NCBI GenBank assembly: GCA_964622095.1
Contig: CAZUPP010000008.1
Span: 15,773-79,772 of the forward strand
Origin: an uncultured Verrucomicrobiales bacterium
GTDB taxonomy: Bacteria; Verrucomicrobiota; Verrucomicrobiia; Verrucomicrobiales; CAZUPP01
DNA length: 64,000 nucleotides
Direction of reading: 5' to 3'
Position numbers and translations under genes: made by a program. The notes below the pieces were generated by a model. The model ran no database searches and was not told the DNA's origin. It saw only the letters and a list, made by a program, of their open reading frames with translations. Shown here piece after piece: positions 28,478-36,642 of the stretch; within the stretch, counting starts at the first letter, position 1, and each line of letters begins with the position of its first letter.

Positions 28478-29575
28478 ATGAAGATTCTCTTACTCGGTGC
28501 CGGCGGCTTCATCGGAGCTCACCTGACCCAACGATTGATCGAAGACGGAGTTCACGAGATCACCGCCGTTGATATCGACGACGAGCGCCTGGAAGAGACC
28601 GGCTCGACCAGCCGGATCAACTATCTGCACCTAGACATCCGCACGGAGCAGGACCGGCTGGAGCAACTGGTGATCGACAACGATGTCACGGTGGATCTCG
28701 TCGCGCTGGCCAATCCGGCGCTCTACGTGGAAGATCCCGTGGGTGTTTTTGAGCTGAATTTCACCGAGAATCTGAAGATTGCCGATTATTGCGTGAAGCA
28801 TAAGAAGCGTATCGTGCAGTTCTCCACCTGTGAGGTGTATGGAAAGACGGTAGCGAGTGTGCTCGGCAAAGATCCCGCAGAAATGCCCTTCCCATTTCAT
28901 GAGGATACCACCCCGCTGATTATGGGGCCGGTGAACAATCATCGCTGGATTTACGCCTGCGCCAAGCAACTGCTGGAGCGCGTGCTGCATGCTTATGGGC
29001 TGCAGAAAGGCCTGAATTATACCATCATTCGCCCCTTCAACTTTATTGGACCGCGCATCGATTATCTTCCGAGCGAGAAAGAAGGGAACCCTCGCGTCTT
29101 CAGCCACTTCATGAATGCCCTGCTCTACGGCACGCCGATGAAGCTGGTCGATGGTGGGAAAAATTACCGGGCCTACACCTACATCGACGACGCGGTGGAA
29201 TGCATTGTGCGCATTCTGGAGAACAAGGGCGGTGTCTGTGACCGTGAGATCTTCAACATTGGCTCGCCGGAAAATGAGATCACCATCCGGCAAATGGCCG
29301 AGATGATGCGTGAAATCTTCGACGCAGAGTTCCGTCAGCCGGGTGATCCACTGCCGGAGATCATCTCAGTGCCTTCCGAGGATTTTTACGGCAAAGGATA
29401 CGAAGACTGCGACCGCCGCATCCCAGATGTGACGAAGGCCCGCACACTGCTTGGCTGGCAGCCTGATCACTCGATTCGCGATGTGTATTACAAGTCCATG
29501 AAATACTTCGTGGAGCGCCATCGTGCCCGTCAAGGACAGGCTGCTCAGGCGCAACCGGCGGCAGCTGCGGTCTAA
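28478..29575 (+). CDS. NAD-dependent nucleotide-sugar decarboxylase of the ArnA-C-terminal / UDP-apiose-xylose synthase (AXS) type
   Basis: MKILLLGAGGFIGAHL; FSTCEVYGKT; WIYACAKQLLERV (YxxxK); IIRPFNFIGPR; KLVDGG; RRIPDVTKARTLLGWQP. From memory these motifs match plant AXS1 (FSTCEVYGKT, WSYACAKQLIERL, RIPDMT...LGWNP) better than E. coli ArnA (PSTSEVYG, WIYSVSKQLLDRV). Confidence 0.8.
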   Translation: MKILLLGAGGFIGAHLTQRLIEDGVHEITAVDIDDERLEETGSTSRINYLHLDIRTEQDRLEQLVIDNDVTVDLVALANPALYVEDPVGVFELNFTENLKIADYCVKHKKRIVQFSTCEVYGKTVASVLGKDPAEMPFPFHEDTTPLIMGPVNNHRWIYACAKQLLERVLHAYGLQKGLNYTIIRPFNFIGPRIDYLPSEKEGNPRVFSHFMNALLYGTPMKLVDGGKNYRAYTYIDDAVECIVRILENKGGVCDREIFNIGSPENEITIRQMAEMMREIFDAEFRQPGDPLPEIISVPSEDFYGKGYEDCDRRIPDVTKARTLLGWQPDHSIRDVYYKSMKYFVERHRARQGQAAQAQPAAAAV

Positions 29576-29649
29576 CCGCCTGGACCGGGGTTCAGAGATT
29601 TCTTGCTGGCCGCGCTGCGCCATGATGATAGCGTCTCCCCTTGGGGAAT

Positions 29650-30894
29650 ATGAAGGCGCTGATTCTGACGAATGAATATCCGCCAGACGTCTATGGCGGA
29701 GCCGGGGTGCACGTGGACTATTTGAGCCGTGAGCTGGCGAGGCTCATGGAAGTGGAAGTGCGTGCCTTTGGCAGCCAGAGCCACGCTGAATCAACGGAAG
29801 GCGGCAGCCTCACCGTGAGAGGTTTTCCTGTAGATAAATCTGTTTACGCCTGTGGCGATCATCTCAAGGGGATCTTCGCTGCCGCGGAGCGCGGAGTGGC
29901 TTGGAACGCGGCGGGCATTGAGGCGGACCTTGTCCATACGCACACCTGGTACTCCCAACTGGGCGGCCTGATGGCCAAGCATAACTACGGTCTGCCCCTT
30001 ATCACCACCGTGCACAGCCTGGAACCTCTCCGTCCCTGGAAACGGGAGCAACTGGGCGGCGGGTATGATTGGACCCTTTGGATGGAGCGTCAGGCGATGG
30101 AGTCAGCCGACAGCGTCATCGCCGTTTCAGAAGGAACCCGGCATGATGTGCTGCTCTGTTACAAGGTGGAGTCAGAACGCGTGAAGATCATCTATAACGG
30201 TATTGACCCAGAAGAATACAAACCGGCTGCGGCCGATGACCATGACGCGCTCAAACGGCACGGCGTGGATCCTTCCCGGCCCTACCTGCTATTTGTCGGA
30301 CGGATTACCCGGCAAAAGGGAATCGTTTATCTGGTTGAAGCGATCAAGTATATGGATCCTGGATTCCAGATCGTGCTGTGCGCGGGCGCACCGGACACCG
30401 CGGAGATTGCTACGGAAATGCGTGAGGCCGTCGAGCGGGTCTCCGCGCAGCGGCCGGATATCATCTGGATCGAAGAAATGCTGCCCCGGCCGGATATCAT
30501 TCAATTCTACAGCCACGCCTCAGTCTTTTGCTGTCCGTCGATCTACGAGCCTTTCGGAATCATCAACCTCGAAGCCATGGCCTGTGAGACCGCCGTCGTC
30601 GCGGCGGCGGTGGGAGGAATGAAGGAAGTGGTGGTGGACGGGGAGACCGGCATTCTTGTCCCGCTCAATCAGATGCTTGAGAGTCCCTTTGAACCGGTAA
30701 ACCCCGATCACTATGCCCAGGACCTGGCCCGCGCCGTGAACGAGCTGATGGGCAATCCGGAGCGCCGCCGTCAGATGGCCGAAGCAGGTCGCCGCCGGGC
30801 CGTAAACCATTTCAGTTGGGCGGAAATCGCCCGTCAGACGGCCGATCTCTATGCGCAGGTACTCGAGCGGCACCGGGCCAAGGCCAAAGGCTAG
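29650..30894 (+). CDS. GT4 glycosyltransferase, actinobacterial-type glycogen synthase / GlgM-like
   Basis: MKALILTNEYPPDVYGGAGVHVDYLSRELARL..V.V..FG, LFVGRITRQKG, PSIYEPFGIINLEAMAC..AVVA...GG..EVV.DGETG. Start taken at ATG 29650. Confidence 0.8.
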   Translation: MKALILTNEYPPDVYGGAGVHVDYLSRELARLMEVEVRAFGSQSHAESTEGGSLTVRGFPVDKSVYACGDHLKGIFAAAERGVAWNAAGIEADLVHTHTWYSQLGGLMAKHNYGLPLITTVHSLEPLRPWKREQLGGGYDWTLWMERQAMESADSVIAVSEGTRHDVLLCYKVESERVKIIYNGIDPEEYKPAAADDHDALKRHGVDPSRPYLLFVGRITRQKGIVYLVEAIKYMDPGFQIVLCAGAPDTAEIATEMREAVERVSAQRPDIIWIEEMLPRPDIIQFYSHASVFCCPSIYEPFGIINLEAMACETAVVAAAVGGMKEVVVDGETGILVPLNQMLESPFEPVNPDHYAQDLARAVNELMGNPERRRQMAEAGRRRAVNHFSWAEIARQTADLYAQVLERHRAKAKG

Positions 30895-30906
30895 AGACCT
30901 CAATAG

Positions 30907-31554
30907 TCATGCGCTGCCGATGGCCTGCAGGATCGCTGCACGGCGCGCCTCATATTCCGCATCGGCGATGGCGGGCGCTGCTCCCTCAAGCGATACTGAG
31001 TCAGCTCTGACAGGCAGTTCTACCCAACTGCGGCATCCGCTGAACTCCGGGCCGTCCGGGACCACGAAAGCTTCGCTGAGGCGATAGACACGGACAATGG
31101 CGAGGCTGATCTGCTGGCCGCCCTTCCATGCGAAGCGCTCTCGGATGGTTTCCCTCTGCCAAAGGTGATACGGCTCAAGGGCAGCTACGCGCTCCCAATC
31201 CGTCAACACCTCGGAGAAGTCCACCCGTGCAAAGAGGCGGAGCCGGTAAGCGCCTTCTGGACCGGGCGAAGTGGCGTCCTCTGCCAGAGAAGGAAAATCT
31301 TCTGGCAGTCCACGCCGGGCATCCGGCATGCGCAGGGTATGCTCCGGCTGGTGATAGAGGGTTGGCAGCAGAAAAAAGCGTTCGTGCCCTTCAAAGCTGA
31401 AGCCCCCTCTCTTCTCTGCGATGCCGCCGCGGCGAAGAATGATGGTCTGTTCGCCACGCGCAAGGGCATCACAGACCTGAGCCCATTCTTTAAAGGCGTA
31501 AAGATTACTTTGTTTGAGGGTGGGTGTGCTGGTGCTGGAACTGCTTTCGGTCAT
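30907..31554 (-). CDS. DUF1802 family protein
   Basis: AFKEWAQVCDALARGEQTIILRRGGI.E.....F...H..F.L.PT..HQ resembles the DUF1802 N-terminal pattern (from memory). Confidence 0.55.
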   Translation of the reverse strand: MTESSSSTSTPTLKQSNLYAFKEWAQVCDALARGEQTIILRRGGIAEKRGGFSFEGHERFFLLPTLYHQPEHTLRMPDARRGLPEDFPSLAEDATSPGPEGAYRLRLFARVDFSEVLTDWERVAALEPYHLWQRETIRERFAWKGGQQISLAIVRVYRLSEAFVVPDGPEFSGCRSWVELPVRADSVSLEGAAPAIADAEYEARRAAILQAIGSA

Positions 31555-31571
31555 GATCTGGATCGGTTCGA

Positions 31572-32213
31572 TCAGCCAACGATTTCTTTCTCTTCTTCGA
31601 TTGCCGTGACCGGTTTGGGCTTGCCATAAATGAACCAGAGATTGCGCAAATAGATGCTCCAGCCAAAGCCTTGGGCCAGGATGCTCACGGGATCTTTACG
31701 CCAGATGTAGTAAATGATGAGCATGGAAGCGCCCAGGAGGCTGAGCCACCAGAAAGCGGGTGGCACCACGCTGCTCCTGGCTTTTTCCGAGGCCAGCCAC
31801 TGAATCACCATACGGCTCATGAAGACGGCCTGCGCGCCAAATCCAAAGGCGATCCAGCATAAGCTGGCCCAGCTCGTGATATCCAGGGCGTTAAAGAGGC
31901 CCCGCCAGCCTTCATTGTCCGCCTGCCTTTTCTGGACTTCCGCCAAAAACTCGTCCGCACGGTAGGTTTTCTGAAAGTCCGGCCGGTCATAGATGACAAT
32001 GAGATCACCGTCCGGGCCCTCCTCGACTGGGATCATGGAGAGGCGATCGGAAAGGTTAAAGGGGGGAAACATCGCCTTTCCGGGCTGGGGCAGAATACCC
32101 GCGGAGATGAGCACCAACCAGGTCACCAAAGGAATAATAATCACCGCTGCTGCGCCGCCCAGCACCAGCAGCCTCCTGTTTTTCACGCGAATCATGGCGG
32201 AAAGAGGGATCAC
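31572..32213 (-). CDS. lipid-A-biosynthesis N-terminal (LAB_N) domain membrane protein
   Basis: FGFGAQAVFMSRMVIQWLASEKARSSVVPPAFWWLSLLGASMLIIYYIWRKDPVSILAQ matches the LAB_N (PF07578) consensus. An extra N-terminal TM and periplasmic region is present. Confidence 0.75.
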   Translation of the reverse strand: MIPLSAMIRVKNRRLLVLGGAAAVIIIPLVTWLVLISAGILPQPGKAMFPPFNLSDRLSMIPVEEGPDGDLIVIYDRPDFQKTYRADEFLAEVQKRQADNEGWRGLFNALDITSWASLCWIAFGFGAQAVFMSRMVIQWLASEKARSSVVPPAFWWLSLLGASMLIIYYIWRKDPVSILAQGFGWSIYLRNLWFIYGKPKPVTAIEEEKEIVG

Positions 32214-32334
32214 AGGGGATCAGGGAAAGCAAGCCCGCAACGCCGCATTTCCGCCGTATGAGCTTGCGCCCATGAAAAGTGGATGATTTTCTGACACTTA
32301 GAAGTACAGATTCCCCGAGTCTACCGTCACGACC

Positions 32335-33612
32335 ATGGCTACTCCCAGAAAGAAAGCGCCTTCTCCATCGTCTTCCGCCAAGGGCGGCGGAGGGAAGAAA
32401 GACGCAGGCAAGGCCAGCCCGGCGAAATCCGCTTCGATCTCGACCTTTTCAGAAACGATGAAGGTGATTGCACCGGGCATCGCCGAGATCGTGAACGAGA
32501 AAGAGCTGGAAGAAAAGCTCAAGGAAGGACGTCCCCTCAGAATTAAATTGGGAGTCGACCCCACCGCGCCTGATATTCATCTCGGGCATACGGTGGTGCT
32601 GCAGAAATTGCGTCAGTTTCAGGACCTCGGACATGATGCAATTCTGATTATCGGTGATTTCACCGCGATGATAGGTGACCCCAGCGGACGCTCCGCCACA
32701 CGTCCGCAGTTGACCCATGATCAGGTTCTGGAGAACGCCAAGACCTACCAGGAACAGGCTTTTAAGGTGCTGGACCCGGACCGGGTGAGAATTATTTTCA
32801 ATGGGGACTGGTTTGAGATCATGCACCTGGAAGAGATTTTAAAGCTAACCAGTATGGTCACCATGCAGCAGATGCTGCAGCGTGAAGATTTCAAAGAGCG
32901 TCTCAACAAAGAGCAGCCCATCCGCGCTCACGAAATTCTTTATCCCATCATGCAAGGCTGGGACAGCGTCCGGATCAAGGCGGACGTCGAGCTGGGCGGC
33001 ACGGACCAATTATTTAATATTATGGTCGGGCGAAATCTGCAGAAGGAGCAGAAAATGCCGCAGCAGGTCGGCATTACCCTGAATATCCTGGAAGGCACGG
33101 ATGGGGTAAAAAAGATGAGCAAAAGCCTGGGGAATTACATTGGCGTGACCGAGCCGCCCAAAGAAATGTTTGGCAAAGTCATGAGCATTTCCGACGAATT
33201 AATGGTGCGGTACTATGCGCTGCTCCTCGGCGAAGTGCTTGATAAAAAAGCGCACCCCATGGAGGCCAAAAAAGAGTTGGCCCGGCGGTTGGTCGAGCGC
33301 TATCATTCTACCCAAGACGCCAAGGATTCAGTCGAAGACTGGAACACGCGATTCAGTAAAGGTGCTCTCGAAGAGGCAGATCTTCCGGAATTCAGTCTGC
33401 CTGATGCTTCTCCGGGAGATATTGTGTCGATTGTCGTGGCAGCCTACGAAGGTCTGGGGCAAACACGCTCCAAGAGTGAGGTTCGCCGTCTGCTTCAACA
33501 GGGCAGCGTTCAGCTCAATGGCGAAAAGCTGCAGGACCCCGCCGCCACACCTGACCTGAAAGCTGGCGATGTCCTGCGCCTCGACAAAAAGCGGGCGGTG
33601 CGAGTGGGCTAG
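32335..33612 (+). CDS. tyrS: tyrosine--tRNA ligase
   Basis: DPTAPDIHLGH (HIGH), GDFTAMIGDPSGRS, KMSKS (KMSKSLGNYI), and a C-terminal S4-like domain. The first 41 aa (MATPRKKAPSPSSSAKGGGGKKDAGKASPAKS...) form a Lys/Ser-rich extension. An alternative start is ATG 32458. Confidence 0.9.
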   Translation: MATPRKKAPSPSSSAKGGGGKKDAGKASPAKSASISTFSETMKVIAPGIAEIVNEKELEEKLKEGRPLRIKLGVDPTAPDIHLGHTVVLQKLRQFQDLGHDAILIIGDFTAMIGDPSGRSATRPQLTHDQVLENAKTYQEQAFKVLDPDRVRIIFNGDWFEIMHLEEILKLTSMVTMQQMLQREDFKERLNKEQPIRAHEILYPIMQGWDSVRIKADVELGGTDQLFNIMVGRNLQKEQKMPQQVGITLNILEGTDGVKKMSKSLGNYIGVTEPPKEMFGKVMSISDELMVRYYALLLGEVLDKKAHPMEAKKELARRLVERYHSTQDAKDSVEDWNTRFSKGALEEADLPEFSLPDASPGDIVSIVVAAYEGLGQTRSKSEVRRLLQQGSVQLNGEKLQDPAATPDLKAGDVLRLDKKRAVRVG

Positions 33613-34544
33613 GCGCCTTCAGTCTGCATCAGCCAGCCCGCGATATCTCCGCAAGCGCGATCGATCAGTTCTTCGCGATCATAGAAATTCGTCTGAAAAT
33701 CCACGCCGTCTTCGTAAAAGAGGAAGCTTTTATCCGGGTGTGGGATCTGATCAAAAACGCGCCGTGCAGAGCCGGGATTCGTTGACTTATTGCCGTGAAT
33801 AATCAGCGCTGGTTTACGAAGATTTTGTGCGTCTTCTGCAGAATCATAATTATAGATAAAATAATCACTCATCACGGCATAACGATTCTCCCATCGGCTT
33901 TTCTCCTCCCATGGGCTATACCAGGCATAGAGAGCAGGGTAAGGAAGGGCGGCATCCTGCCGCTTATCGTGAACGATGGGCAGATAATCCACTTCACCGG
34001 TTTCCTCGTACTTCTGTAAGGCCGCTTTGCCCTGGGCGATGCGCTGGGCTTTATAGCCCTTTTCCGCTTCCAAACTGACATCGTCAAAATAGAAACCGGA
34101 CACCCCAATGAAGCGATCTACTGCGTGGCTCAGCCGGGCGGCCCGCAGAGAATAGGCGCCCCCTTTACAGATGCCCAGCAGGCTCACCGTGGAATCGTTC
34201 GGGAATTGGAGTGGCCCTCCTCCCTCCTTGATAAATTCCCCAAGCGCTATCAGATCCGCAGCCTTGTGTAATGGATTTTCAAATTGGCGAGGTTCACCGT
34301 CGCTTTCTCCAAAGTAACGATGATCAAAGGTGAGGCAGGTCATTCCGAGCGCAGACAGGCGGCGGGCGTATTGCCAGGGAGCCTGCTCCTGTACCATGCC
34401 AATCGCGCCTGTGATGGCGACGATCTGCTTGCTCTCCTGCGGATTACCAAAAACCAATCCGCGGCAAACGGTTGACTCACCCGCGGGAAATTCAAAGTGA
34501 ACGGTCGTGGGAAGTTCCAGGGTTGTGTCGGTTGAGTGTGGCAT
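33609..34544 (-). CDS. alpha/beta hydrolase with a Cys at the nucleophile elbow (dienelactone-hydrolase-like)
   Basis: FDHRYFGESDG and the nucleophile elbow LLGICKGGAYS (G-x-C-x-G instead of G-x-S-x-G). 311 aa. Confidence 0.7.
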   Translation of the reverse strand: MPHSTDTTLELPTTVHFEFPAGESTVCRGLVFGNPQESKQIVAITGAIGMVQEQAPWQYARRLSALGMTCLTFDHRYFGESDGEPRQFENPLHKAADLIALGEFIKEGGGPLQFPNDSTVSLLGICKGGAYSLRAARLSHAVDRFIGVSGFYFDDVSLEAEKGYKAQRIAQGKAALQKYEETGEVDYLPIVHDKRQDAALPYPALYAWYSPWEEKSRWENRYAVMSDYFIYNYDSAEDAQNLRKPALIIHGNKSTNPGSARRVFDQIPHPDKSFLFYEDGVDFQTNFYDREELIDRACGDIAGWLMQTEGA

Positions 34545-34669
34545 AAATTGATGATATCTGTCGCGAAGTTAATCTTGGAGAGCGGATTTCCGCGCTCCAC
34601 AACGTTCAGGAAACCGAGTATGTCCAGGGTTACAAATTTGTAACCTCGCCTCGAGCCAATCATCGCTTT

Positions 34670-35053
34670 ATGTTTCGCAAGAAGACTTCGACGAACTTTC
34701 AGAACGAGCAGCGTCTCATTATTGAATGCCCCATGACCTACACTTTCACCCTGTTAGGGACCCGGTGGCGGCCCATAATTATGTGGAAGATAAATGAAGG
34801 CGCGGAGACCTTTTCGGCTTTGCAGCGCGAGATTCCTCTCATCAGCAAAAAGATGCTCTATGAAGACCTGGCGGCTCTGGTGAGACGAGCGCTGGTCGAT
34901 AAGGGACCGGCGGAATCTCATTCAGGCAACTACCGTCTGACTCCATTGGGGGAGAGCCTTTTACCGGTGCTGGAGGCGGCATGGGCGTGGGGTCAGGATC
35001 ATGCGGAGCAGGGAGAAAGAATCGCTGCGATGGATGCGGGAAAGGCTGGTTAA
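34670..35053 (+). CDS. HxlR family transcriptional regulator
   Basis: CPMTYTFTLLGTRWRPIIMWKI.EGAETFSALQREIP.IS.KML...L..L is the HxlR winged-helix pattern. Divergent from the hydrolase gene. Confidence 0.8.
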   Translation: MFRKKTSTNFQNEQRLIIECPMTYTFTLLGTRWRPIIMWKINEGAETFSALQREIPLISKKMLYEDLAALVRRALVDKGPAESHSGNYRLTPLGESLLPVLEAAWAWGQDHAEQGERIAAMDAGKAG

Positions 35054-35118
35054 AGATCGTCTAGGACCGGACCGGCTTCGCTTGCAACCCGCCGAAGTCA
35101 GTGCGACAGATTCCGGCT

Positions 35119-36642
35119 ATGGGCATCGGGATTGGTATCGATTTCGGCACCTCAAACAGCTCCGTAGCTGTGTATGACGGGGAACGACTGACTTTTATCC
35201 ACCTGCGCGACAAGCTGGAGGAGCAGGAGGCTGAGGCGGAAGCGCTACAAAGTTCGCCAGCGGTCGGGGGAGATCCCGTGCAGGGAGAACTCTTTGCCGA
35301 AGGCCAGCCTGAGACCAAGGGCGACCCGGTGGAGAAGGACTATATACCGACCGCGCTCTATCTGGACCGGGAACATCAGCCGACCGTTGGCCAGGGTGCG
35401 ATTGATCGTTATCTGCGCGACAATGCCGGGCGGCAGATCGAGCTGGGACGCGAAGAGCTGGGTGAGCTGGAAATGACGCTCTCCGTTGATCAGTTCGACG
35501 CGGTCAGTATGAAGGTGGAGACGCACGCTCTTACGGATGTCAATATGCCGGGGCGTTTATTTCGCGGGATCAAAACCTGGCTGGGAGATAAAGGACTCGA
35601 GCGGGTGCAGGTGTTTAATAAGAAATATAAATTGCTCGCGCTCCTTACCCCCATTCTGAAATTTCTCCGGGAGGAAGCGATGGAACGGCTGCAGAAGCCA
35701 GTCAGCTATGTGCACGTGGGCCGGCCGGTCAACTACAGCGGTGAGGGAGAGGACGCGAATGAAGTGGCGATGGAACGCTTTCAGGAGGCTTGTGCACTGG
35801 CCGGGCTGGAGGAAGCGGTTTATTATCCGGAGCCCGTGGCGGCAGCGCTGAGTTATTTGCGGCAAAGCGAAACGGACACAGTCGAAGCAGCGCCCCTTGA
35901 ACAGAATATCTTGTGTTTCGATTTCGGCGGCGGAACTCTGGACTTATGTATTCTGCGATCCAAAGGAGCCCTTGATAATTTTGAGGTGGCAGCGACACAC
36001 GGCACGCCATTGGGCGGCGATTCGATTGATAAGCTGGTTTATGCCGATTTAGTCTTCCCGGAGTTGGGGAAAGGCTGCGAGGTGAAGATGGGAACGGCGG
36101 CCGATGCGCCAATCGGGGAGTTTCGTTTCTATTTATTTCAGGAGGGGCTGCTCAATTGGCAGTTCACGCACACTTTGAATACGCCGGAATTACGATCGCA
36201 TATCCGGATGGGTATTGATCTGGGCGGAGAGAATCAGGTTAAGCTTGACCGCCTGCGGCGTTTGATCACGCGTAATCTTTCCTATGATGTTTTCAGCGCG
36301 ATTGAGCAGGCAAAAATGGATCTGAGCAGCCAGGAAAAAGCGTCCATCACAGTAAAGCCGCTCAAACTGAACGTGCCAATTACAAGAGCTTATTTCGAGA
36401 AACTGATGCAGGAACCGCTCCGGCGTGTCGGCCGAACCATTGACGAAACCTTGAGCCAGGCCGGAATGACCCGCGAAGATATCGATATCGTTGTGCGAAC
36501 CGGCGGATCGTCGCGCATTCCTTGTGTTCAGAATCTGATGAAAGATTACTTTCCCGGCCGGGTGGTCGAGCACCGCACATACACTGGAATTTCCGCCGGA
36601 TTGGCCATTGCCAATTGGAAGCAATTGAACTGGGAGCCTTGA
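35119..36642 (+). CDS. Hsp70 family ATPase, nucleotide-binding domain only
   Basis: GIDFGTSNSSVAV (phosphate-1), FDFGGGTLDLCIL (phosphate-2) and VRTGGSSRIPCVQNLM (adenosine motif) about 40 aa from the C-terminus. No substrate-binding domain. Start taken at ATG 35119. Confidence 0.8.
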   Translation: MGIGIGIDFGTSNSSVAVYDGERLTFIHLRDKLEEQEAEAEALQSSPAVGGDPVQGELFAEGQPETKGDPVEKDYIPTALYLDREHQPTVGQGAIDRYLRDNAGRQIELGREELGELEMTLSVDQFDAVSMKVETHALTDVNMPGRLFRGIKTWLGDKGLERVQVFNKKYKLLALLTPILKFLREEAMERLQKPVSYVHVGRPVNYSGEGEDANEVAMERFQEACALAGLEEAVYYPEPVAAALSYLRQSETDTVEAAPLEQNILCFDFGGGTLDLCILRSKGALDNFEVAATHGTPLGGDSIDKLVYADLVFPELGKGCEVKMGTAADAPIGEFRFYLFQEGLLNWQFTHTLNTPELRSHIRMGIDLGGENQVKLDRLRRLITRNLSYDVFSAIEQAKMDLSSQEKASITVKPLKLNVPITRAYFEKLMQEPLRRVGRTIDETLSQAGMTREDIDIVVRTGGSSRIPCVQNLMKDYFPGRVVEHRTYTGISAGLAIANWKQLNWEP

